From positions 124,001 through 188,000 of the forward strand of contig NW_026782782.1 of assembly GCF_031769215.1 (NCBI RefSeq): a stretch of 64,000 nucleotides of DNA. Reading direction: 5' to 3'. This document shows, in pieces, positions 13,370 through 25,300 of the stretch. A model generated the notes under the pieces. The model was not told the origin of the DNA, searched no databases, and saw nothing but the letters and a program-made list of their open reading frames with translations. How positions within the stretch are numbered: position 1 is the first letter of the stretch; every line of letters begins with the position of its first letter. Made by a program: the position numbers and the translations under genes. Source of the DNA: Ylistrum balloti. Lineage: Eukaryota.

Positions 13370-16300
13370 ATGTATGGATTTGTGAAAAGAGATGTCAAGA
13401 GCAGTGTGTACAAAGCAGTTTCAGATTTTCTTGTGAAAAATTCAGCAGATGATTGGAGAAAGTTGCCAGCCAACTCAGCGTCATTCCAACTCATGTTTGG
13501 AGAAAGGAATAAATTGCCATTCGGAAGACTAGGTATATGTAAAAATCATAATTGTACAGGTGTTCAGTATTAACTTTATTTATTTGAACAGATATATGAG
13601 TTGTGTAACAAAGGTAATTATTTTTCACTGCATTCACTCTGAATCAAACCCCCAAGACCTCTGGCTGAATAGACAAACACTTGAAGTATTCTACCAAATG
13701 AGTTCAAAATCTCTTTTAGATCTAGTTCTTAGCAGAAGAAAATCTTTCTTCAATTTCTCTTTTAATATGGGAATTCTACATGTAATTCCAAAATTTAGGA
13801 CCTTCCAAATCAGTATTTCCTGCATAGATTTTTTTAAATTCTGTAGCTACTTTTATTTGTGTATGCTTGTGGACTTGAGAAATTTCTTTCAAATATCAAT
13901 GTACATATTTTTGACATGCATTCTAGTTTAGAAAGGAAAATCATATAAAAAGAAGGTTACATACATCCTTAAGTAAACTCCATATGCAGCGTGAAAAATG
14001 TAAATTTGTATCTTCCAGGACATGACCCCGGATTGGTACAACTGGTTAACTACTACAGAGGGTCAGACATTCTCTGTAGGAAGACAGCTATGGTCAGGTA
14101 CAAAGTAACTGTTACATAGAATATGAAATCAAAATGATCTACCTTATTGAAAACCAAATATGTAGCCTTAACCTACATATCCATGTCTTCAAACATGTCA
14201 TACTTAGTTATGACAAACAAGGACCTCATATTGGTGTCATCAATGATCAATTCTTTATACCAGTAACAGGTAAATTAATTATTCTAAAGACATGGTCTGG
14301 TCTGGCCTGGTTACTGACTTGTTATGACAGACAATTTTTTTTTTTTTTTTTTATTATTTTAAATGTTTTCATTTTATTAACTTAGTGACACAAATTGTAG
14401 ATACCATATTTAGATAATTTCATTTGTTTTACTTCATTTTTCTAAAGTTAACTAACATTTATGAATCAATGTGTTGTTTTTCTTTTTCTTTTAGATTATT
14501 CAAGGATTTCTACAAATCCACTGCAAAGCCAGCTCCTAAATGGTTACCAGAGTCCTTTATACTTTGTCCAAAAGATATTACAAAAAACTTGCAGAAAGCA
14601 GGTGAACATGGAGCTGTATTACTACGCAAGTCACCCAAACCTGATGAGAGGGAAGACTTTATAAAAGCAGCTGAAAAACTGGCAAAACAAGAGGCAAAAC
14701 CTGTTATATGGATAGCAAAATCTTCAGCGGGCTCAAAAGGTACTGATGTTTTATTTGCTTAGGAAGTATTAGCCATTTAAAATGCCTTCCAGTTAACAGA
14801 TTGTACTAATGACGTCATATTGGGATGTAAATAGCAAAACTTTGGAATACTTTACAGGAGATACAATCACAGGAAACATGTGATCTCATTAGCTTGTACT
14901 GTAACTTCCTCGTGTGGAATAAGACCTTCTAGATGTTTAAACAGATGTGAAATTTCAAATCAAAGGACCGGGCACTGATATAGGTCAATTGGTAAATAAT
15001 TAGACTTAAGATCATGTTAAGATCTATGGTAAGTGATTTGACTCTAGTGGTTTATTTTTCTCAGGAAACTGAAATGTTGTTGAAATATTGATTTGTCCTT
15101 TGGCAAGACACTTTACCCTAATGGCTCAGGATGAAATGTTATGGTTCTCCTGTATGTTGCTCAGTGGAGTAGTCACCAGCTACTTCAAGGATGCCCTGTC
15201 GAAAAATCACCCTGGCTGTCGAGGGGCAAGCAAACATTCACATCAAATATGTTATTGACTGAAACGCTGATCCATACTTTTCAATAAATGACATGCTTGA
15301 TGTGCATATTTGTTTGCCTCTCAACATCCAAGGTTGATATGTGTTTACAGTAGATAAAGAAAGTACTGATATCGACAGCCTGCATTATTCTTTCTGCAGA
15401 ACACCTATTTATTATGACATTTATTTTTTTCTTTTATTTACTTTATTTATCATAAACATTTTCATACATGCAAAACAAAAATTCAAGAAACAACCTTGCA
15501 AGCTTCATGCACATCATCCTTGATATCATTGTTGTTGTCATTAATGTCATTGTCTTATCACCATTATGTCATCCTCCTTCTCATCATCGTCATGACATTT
15601 ATATGATATTTCACTTACATCAATGAAAAAAGTTATGCTTACACATGATATATTTTTCAGGTTGTTGATACTACATGGTAATCCTGAGAGAAGTCTTTGT
15701 ATTCTGTGTTTCCTCTGTTTTAGGAGAAGGAATCATGATATCAAGTAATCCTGAGGAGCTGATACAGTTTGTAGATACACAGACACAAGGATTCATCGTC
15801 CAGAGATATATAGAAAAACCTTACCTGCTGAAAGGCGACAGAAAGTTTGATATCAGGTAAATGCTGTTTAAGTATTATATCTATCATAACTAGTCACTGA
15901 AGTGGCGCCAACCTCTAGACATCTGATATTTGGACAAAGCCCACAAATCCAGAGTAACAGGTTGCATGAAAGGGTCATCATGGAAAAAGATGGTATAATC
16001 AATTCTATTGTATAGTTGTATAGTGTTCAGGAGAGGTTCTATCTCATGTTTGAACATTTTCACAATAGTTAATCCAAAAATTTGGAATTTTAAAATCTTG
16101 AACAAAAATCTAGAAATATGCGGTGATTTTTGCATTTTTTTCCCATATTTGAGCTTGTCAACTCTATGAGCAACATCAGGTTGATCTGACAAAATCAGGT
16201 GAGTTGGTAATACCGTTAGTGCCCTAGAAAAGATTCCAAAATTGATCACTAACTATTTAAAGCTTAATGTTTGATTTGATCATCATGTTACAGAGGTACT

Positions 16301-19300
16301 GAATTAGGGGATAGAGGTGCTTATGACAATCCATATAGTATTACACATTTGAAGCATGATTAATATCTGTATGTGTATGCATTGTAAGATTGTAATTTGA
16401 ATACAGTGTATGGATTGGCACTGACATAATTTGGAGAGAAACATGACATTTACACCATATCATGACAGTGAAAAGAGTTATGGGTATTGTCATCCCATTC
16501 ATACTACTTGGAGGTCTTTTTTCTGAGGGGATGGTATTGTTTTTCTGTTATGGCTATTATTGGTGCATGGGTTTATCACCAAATATTCAATTTGCATGGA
16601 TACAATACTACAGCGTAAGATGCTGATAGAAATCCTGACCCTAAAGCTGATGATTTAGGCTGTAGGTGCCTACTACCATTATTATATTATTGATCTATTG
16701 GTAACATGGTTATGTGTTGATACCTTTGTCATGGGGTTATTCTTTTTCAGAATGTTTTTACGTGAGGGAGAAAATTAGATATCAAGTATCTTTATAAAGT
16801 CAGAAAACAGGACAATACCATTATTGTATTTTATACAGCATTTTCAGATTTTTCAGCCAAATAGTTGTAATAAACAGGATGTGAATCCAATCGGTTCTTT
16901 GTGATATCCATTGATATCCAGGATGACTGGTACCAGCTACAACTTCATATAAGTTATCAACTCACAGAGACAGATGATAAGATGATGATATGAGGAGATA
17001 ATGTAATCCTGCTTAAATACTAGCAAGCAATATACTGCTTGGCTAGAGAGAACTTCTCTTTAGCTTGATCGGGTAAGCGTCAGATTAGTAATCCAGGTAT
17101 CCCAGGTTCCCATCTCCTCGTGAAAAAGGAGGTGAGGTTGGATGAGGGGGTATTTCTTGCCTCAACTGAATTCAATTGTAACAGAAAAAAATTTCAAACT
17201 TGGAACGTTTATTGATGTTTTCTACAGTGAACTGTTGACCATGAAATGTTATACAGAACTGAAAATTATTGCTTTTCCATCATGTCATTATGTGTTAAAT
17301 TTGGCTGTAATCATTAGTGTAACCATTCGGATGAAATCAAAAAGCATTAAAGGTGTAACATGTATTCCAGTGAATCAGGATTTGATTTGATATATCCCAG
17401 TCAGTTTACCATTTGTCATTGTTTTGGCCAGTTTACACTTTTCTATCATAGTATGCAAGCTTATAACATTTAATGTATGAGGTTTTTGGGTCACAAACAT
17501 GTTTTCGTTTTGTTTCCAAAAATGAAATCAAACAAAATCCACCAGGAATATTACTAGCTATAGGAATATGTTCCATGTTCATCCGTGTCGCCTCGGTGAT
17601 AAAAACAGAATAAGAATGATTCTAACTTATTTCTTCATTTTTTATGTTGCTTCAGTTTTTATCACCTTTGAAATTAGATGCAGCAGCAAGTGTTCCAAAT
17701 GACCTATGTTATTGAAATAAATATTCAATACAATACTGTTTGATAAAGTTGAAGTGCTATGTTTGAAGTGAGTATTTAGGAAATCACATGGGCAGTGCTA
17801 TATTAATATATAGACTAGGTACCAGGATATATTATCTAAAATATCAGATCTAGTTTGAAATCCTGAAACAATCTTTGTGACTAATACAACACATGAAATG
17901 ACACGTGATAATAGAACAACAATATTATAAGAATAATCATCATATCAAATTTATTACAACAAAAGTGCCTGCATTACATATAAGCTCATCTGAAATGAAA
18001 ACATAATGACTATTAAAGAAGAGCACTACAAATTTTGTGAATTCCCACCAAGGATTCGCTTCATCAGTCAAGGATTTTTTCAATATTTAGCATTTTACAA
18101 CAGTTTACTATAAGTTTTACAATAGTGAATGCAAAATCACAGAAGTTTTACAGGAAATACTTGGCTGAAAATGCAATAGATGTAGAATTACTAACATGTA
18201 CATTATAACATCTGCTAGATATATGCATACCAAAAAAGCTGTTATGAAACAGATTTGTACAATAAACAATAACAAAATCATTTTTTACACAACAAAAAAA
18301 ATCATGAGCATGTGTACTATTACAAATATATCAAAACACAAGAATGTATTATTACAAAACATTGCAAAACACAAGAATGTTTTATTACAAAACATTGCAA
18401 AACATAAGACATTTATTATTACCAAACATAGCAATACATAAGAATGTGTTATTGCAATACATAAGCACTGTATTATTGCAAATTATTACATAACATAGGC
18501 AAAACATAAGACATTTATTATTACAAAATATAACAAAGAATAAATAAATACTACTACAAAAGGTGACAGAGTAAGACATTTACTCATTACAAAAAAAGGC
18601 AGAGCATAATATATTTATTATTACATAATAAAACAAAGCATAAGACATATTTTAGTACAAAATAAAGCAAAACATGATATTTACTGTAAAAAAATATTTT
18701 CTAAAAATGAGATATGTATGGCTGTGAAAGAGCACTAAATTTTAAACAAAAAATTGAGAATCAGAATATTAAACACCCCTCCAGAGAACACTGTAGTTGG
18801 TTGTAGACATCCTTGCTAGTTCATCCGTTTCCACACTCATTCCTGCTGTGACTGGCATCTCCAAGTCCATCTCTCCTCCCAGGGATGAGAGGATAAGGGC
18901 AGATAACTCCTGGACCTGGTATTGCTTGGTAGATCTGTACTGGTCAAACATCTTGCGAACACCCTGGATGATGGACTTACGGGTCAGTAGGTGGAGGACT
19001 AGGCTGTGGGCATCGTCTATTGTAGATAGAAAGACCTGGCGGTCAAGGCGGATCAATTGGTCATCTGGAATGAAAAAAAAATTTATTGTACACTATTTAT
19101 GTCCAGAGGATCAAAACTGTCATATATAATTATATTTATCCATTCTCCTGATACACAGTAGCCATTGGGATTTGAACTGAAGAAAATGTGTATCTATGCA
19201 TGAAATGAGTTTTTCAGGGTATGGCAAAATGATTATTTTAACAATAAGCTATTTATTCTTTTTGATTTATGACTTGAAAAAAAAACTAGTGAAAAATTTA

Positions 19301-22300
19301 TATTTTAAATGATTATAGTTACCTAAGAAGTGAACCTGCTTGGCAGCTCTATCATGGGCAATTAGAAGACTGTGGAGTTTCTTGGCATAGCAAACAATGT
19401 CAGGTGTTGGCAACTCAGCCATGGTGCAGAGTAGAGGTCAACTGGTGGTAAAGTAGATGTTGAGAAGTTGGTAGTGATGATGCTAAGGCAATATTGATTT
19501 CAACTTAGAAAAAAAATGATTATATAGACTCTGCTTACTTGTGATTGGTTGCTTCAATTGGTTACTTGATTGGTTGCTTAGAATGGACTCCACCTACACT
19601 TGAATGCAAAAACAAGCTTTTCATGATGTCTTAAAGGAATGTATGTGTTAGAAGTGTTCACTTCTGATAAGATCAAAGGTCTCTTGTCCAGGCATGGCTT
19701 GGTGTTACGGTACAGGTAATGAGGTCAGAGGTGGTAATGTAGGTCAGATCAAAGGTCTCTTGTCCAGGTATGGCTTGGTGTTACTGTACAGGTAATTAGA
19801 TTAGAGGTAGTAATGCAGGTAAGATCAAAGGTCTCTTGTCCATGGATGGCTTGGTGTTACTGTTCAGGTATGAACGTCAGAGGTGATATTGGAGTGAGGA
19901 TCAAAGGTGTCTTGTCCAGGTATGGCTTGGTGTTACTGTACAGATAAGTAGATTAAACATGGTATTATTGGTAAGATCAAAGGTGTCTTGTCCATGTATG
20001 GCTTGGTGTTACTGTACCGGTACTTAGATTAGAGGTGGTAATGGAGGTAAGGTCAAAGGTCTCTTGTCCGGGTATGGCTTGGTGTTACTGTACAGGTAAT
20101 TAGATTAGAGGTGGTAATGGAGGTAAGGTCAAAGGTCTCTTGTCCAGGTATGGCTTGGTGTTACTGTACAGGTAATTAGATTAGAGGTGGTAATGTAGGT
20201 AAGATCAAAAGTCTCTTGTCCAGGTATGGCTTGGTGTTACTATACAATGTGTACAAGATGGTTGTATTCAAGAATTGAGAACAACCAACAAAATTCTGGT
20301 AAATGTCGCGGTATAAAAACATTGTAGATTATTCCAACTTGAAATTGTATCTCACCTAATCTTTAACATATAAATATGAATTTATCATAACTAAGTATAG
20401 GTTATCATACTGTGTATTAAAGTATAGAAACAGTCAGATATAAAGGCATTAGACAGTCTCAACGACAATGTCCCCTATGCAATAAGTGATGATATCAAGA
20501 TGAAACTCATTTCATTTTGTCATACCCAGTCTACTAAGACCTCCAAACAAAATATATCAAACCCTGGTATTTCTGTCTTCCATCTGAATTCAAATTTACT
20601 TAATTATTCTCATGCATAGATGAGAAACCTTAAATAAGTATTTATTACAAGCTACGTCTAAATGAAAATATGTCTTAAATATCAACTGTGTAAATGTTTC
20701 ACTGACCATTATATGTTTTCTTTTGCATGTTGATAAATGTTATGTTCTCCACCATCTTATGATCATTGAATGAAATATTTACCTATATGCATATTGTATC
20801 TTATATGCTATTTGAAGTTGAAAAGTAAAGAAATAGGAAAAGTAAATGTAATTCCAATAGAGATAGTAATGGCAAAAAGATTTTAGGTGTCTTGTCCAAG
20901 TATGGATCGGTGTTACTGTTCAGGTAATTAGATGAGAGGTGGTAATGGAGGTAAGATCAAAGGTCTCTTGTCCAGGTAGGGCTTGGTGTTACTGTACAGG
21001 TACTTAGATTAGAGGTGGTAATGGAGTAAAGATCAAAGGTCTCTTGTACAGGTATGGCTTGGTGTTACTGTACAGGTAAGTAGATGAGAGGTGGTAATAG
21101 AGGTAAGATCAAAGGTGTCTTGTCCAGGTATGGCTTGGTGTTACTGTACAGGGAATTAGGTGAGAGGTGGTAATGGAGGTAAAATCTAAAGAATCCTGTT
21201 CAGGTATGGATTACTTTAACCAATTTATGATGACAAGAATACCGGTATGTCCATTTCTTTATGCAAAGTATTTTGACCAATTTTGTGGAGTAACATTTTG
21301 TTAAAACATCACTAGTGTAAAGAATTATATTGTAAGAGACATTTACACCTTTATTACTATGGCAGTTTCTATTCCAAACTATGTGTTTGGTTTAGATCAC
21401 TTCCCCTACCCTCATAACCATAGTGATATAGAATTTGTTTGCTTGGTCACTCTGTAGGTTGGCAATTATGGTGTAGGTTTTACTATTCTCATTCTCTACA
21501 CTAAAAGGACTTATTGAATGCAATGAGATTTTAGAAACATGAACAAGAGTTGGTCATCGGTTATATACCATCTTTAGTATATTGAGATTACAGGTCTAGT
21601 TTGTGATGGTGGAAATTGCATATGAATATAAGATCTGGTTTCAGATAAATCATTATACATGCTTCCAACACATCTTAACACAATTCTGAAGGCGTAACAG
21701 TTTAATGGCTGATATTTTAAGCAGTTGCTTTAACTTTTGGAATAACCTCTGATAGGACTACTAGTTTAAATGACAGTACTTACAAAAGATTTTTTTTTGT
21801 GTTGACATGTCCACAGAATCTGCTGATCCTTTACAGTTTTACTGTTGAAATCCTTGATTCTCGAATTTTTTAAAATTTTGTTTCAAAATTTAAGGTTCTG
21901 TATCTTTCCCAGGGGTGACAGTTACAGGAAATTGCTATTGACAACTTCTCTTTCAATTTCCTTGTTAAATTTTGACTGTTGATTGTTTGACAGGTTTTGC
22001 TCCATTAACAGGTATATGATACTGTTTACTTGTTATCTAAAGGCTACCAGGGGCAGATCCAGGATTTCGACTTAAAGAGGGCAAACTAAAACATCTCTCT
22101 GTACCCCATATCTTAACTACCCCTTTATTAGCTCACCTGGCCCAAAGTGCCAAGTGAGCTTATGCCAAAGCGCAATGTCTGTCGTCTGTCCGTCCTGTGT
22201 ATGTCAAGTTTTCATTTAAACAACTTCTGAAATACGGAAAGGTGTAGTTATCATATTTGGATGGAAGATTCCTTTGATGAAGCCCAACAAAGTTTAAAAA

Positions 22301-25300
22301 AAGAAATGACGTTGACCCATCTTCAAATGTGTTAAACCTTTAAATGACATTTTCTGATTATCCAGAACATCTAGGATAGTGGTATTATTCTGAAATGGGT
22401 CCTCCATATGGAGTAATTTATTATATTGCTTTAAGCATCTACTGTAGAACATATGCAAAGATATAGTATTGTTGGTCATAAAGATCCAGACGAGCGATAC
22501 AGGCCCTCGGGGCCTCTTGTTTATAGTTTCTGATTCTAATTCTATTTTTTTCTTTGATTTTGTTTGTTTATGCAAAAAAAGTGAAGTTCCATGTATGGTG
22601 AAGACAGACAGATGTTTGTCCTTTGTCTAAGACCAGGCATATAGCCAATGAGGTTGCAGGGTCAATGGAAAAGCCCTAGTGAAGGTTTAGGGAAATGATA
22701 TCCTTAAAAGTTTGAAAGACATCAGGATGGTGTGGTGACTATTTTGATAATGAAAATGTTACATAAGAAGCAGGGTACTTCAGTAAAGGTATGTATGCTC
22801 CTAGCCCTGTTGACTGCCTATGATATCCTTCAAAACATCTCTAAATGCTCTTTTTCTTGAGAAGAGCTTTAGAGATCATTCTTATTATATATAGATTGTC
22901 CCATGTGAAAATGCAATTTTTGGACTATGACATCAATAAGATAAAATCACTTGGATTTTGACAGAAAAGGCTTTATGCCTTTATTTCTTGAAAGAAATGT
23001 AGGAATCCTTTCCAAAAACATGCATGCTTCTGTTTTCCTTGGTTCCAATGGTGTTTAGTTTACTTTTGGGTACAAAGGAGAAAATGGTCTATAAAAACAT
23101 ATGTATGTCTTGTATTTAGACAAATAATCAGATTTCATAGGCCAGATTTTAGTGATGCTTTCTTATCCATGTGTAGTTTTGAGATATTTCATCTAGTGCA
23201 TGATATGGCAATGTACAAAGAATAAAATTATCATCATAAATAAATAAATGAAATATATAAACAACAACAATTATCCAATGATTGTTTAGACATTTATTAC
23301 ACATTTGTAGCACTATCACAAACTATTAAAGGTGCATCTGTGATCTGAAAAACCTCAGGACATTCATTAAGTGATTTTATATCAGTTTATTCAATATTAG
23401 AAGTTCTACAGTTCTACAAAAAATGTACAGTAACAGTTACACAATACAGAAATATTTCGACAATAAGAAAAATTACTTAACATACATGATATTTCTGGGG
23501 TTACTTTTATATAAAAGCATCAAAGATTTTAAACAGAAAGACACCCTTACATCACTAGCATTCAATGTAATCAATAGAGCACTGCCTAGACAATTAAACT
23601 GTACATTATTATGAAGTAACAATTTGATATATACGATGATATAAAACTTTTGAGTAATACCACAGTAATTTCAGTTTGCAAGCAGTTCTAAGTAGATAAA
23701 TGTTCAACATCACACACCCCTCCAGAGAACACTGTAGTTGGTTGTAGACATCCTTGCTAGTTCATCTGTTTCCTCACTCATTCCTGCTGTGACTGGCATC
23801 TCCAAGTCCATCTCTCCTCCTAGGGATGAGAGGATAAGGGTAGATAACTCCTGGACCTGGTATTGCTTGGTAGATCGGTACTGGTCAAACATCTTGCGAA
23901 CACCCTGGATGATGGACTTACGGGTCAGTAGGTGGAGGACTAGGCTGTGAGCATCATCCAGTGTAGATAGAAAGACCTGGCGGTCAAGGCGGATCAACTG
24001 GTCATCTGGAATTGAAATTTTTTATTGTACACCATATATGTTCAGAGGATCTCATCACAGTAGCCATTGGGATTTAGAACTAAAATCATGAACAATAAAA
24101 TGTGTATCTATGCATGAAATCAGTTTTACAGGGCATGGCACAGAAACAATAAGCAATATATTATTATTTGTGACTTGAAAAATAATATTGGAAAATTTAT
24201 TTTTTAAATGATTATAGTTACCTAAGAAGTGAACCTGCTTTGCAGCTTTATCATGGGCAATGAGAAGACTGTGGAGTTTCTTGGCATAGCAAACAATATC
24301 AAAAGTTGGCATCTCATCCATGGTGCAGAGTAGAGGTCAACTGGTGGTAAAGTAGAGGTTGAGAAGTTGGTAGTGGAGATGCTGAGTCAGAATTGATTTC
24401 AACTTTGAAAAAAAAATGATTATATAGACTCTGCTTATTTCTGATTGGTTGCTTCAGTCAATTTCTTGATTGGTCACAAAGGATGAATTCAAAATTGATA
24501 GCAAGCTTTTCATGACGTTTTAAAGGAATGTACAGTTATGTGTGAGTAGATAGTCACTCAGGATAAGATCAAAGGTCTCTTGTCCAGGTATGGCTTGGTG
24601 TTACTGTACAGGTAAGTAGATGAGGAAGTGTACTGTAGGTAAGATCAAAGGTCTCTAGTCCAGGTATGGCTTGGTGTTACGTACGGGTAATTAGATTAGA
24701 GGTGGTAATATAGGTAAGATCAAAGGTGTCTTGTCCAGGTATGGCTTGGTGTTACTGTACGGGTAATTAGATGAGGAAGTGTACTGTAGGTAAGATCAAA
24801 GGTCTCTTGTCCAGGTATGGCTAGGTGTTACTGTACAGGTACTTAGCTTAGAGGTAGTAATGCAGGTAAGATCAAAGGTCTCTTGTCCAAGGATGGCTTG
24901 GTGTTACTGTACAGGTATGAAGGTCAGAGGTTATATTGGAGTTAGGATCAAAGGTTTCATGTCCAGGTATGGCTTGGTGTTACTGTACAGGTAATTAGAT
25001 TAAACATGGTATTCTTGGTAAGATCAAAGGTGTCTTGTCCAGGTATAGCTTGGTGCTACTGTACATGTAATTAGGAGGGGAGTGTACTGTAGGTAAGATC
25101 AAAGGTTTCATGTCCAGACATGGCTTGGTTTTACTGTCTAGGTGATTAGAAAGAGGTGGTAAAGTTGGTAAGATCAACAGTGTCTCGTCCAGGTATGGCT
25201 TGGTGTTCCTGTACCGGTAATTAGATTAGAATTAGGTTGGGACTTGGTTGTGCATTGTAAATTTTGAACTTCATTTTCAAGATGGCCTGTTTGATTCTGA

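Noticed and set aside
21240-22060. Possible LINE ORF1/endonuclease remnant on the minus strand
   Set aside because: Too degenerate; no diagnostic motif could be read with confidence.
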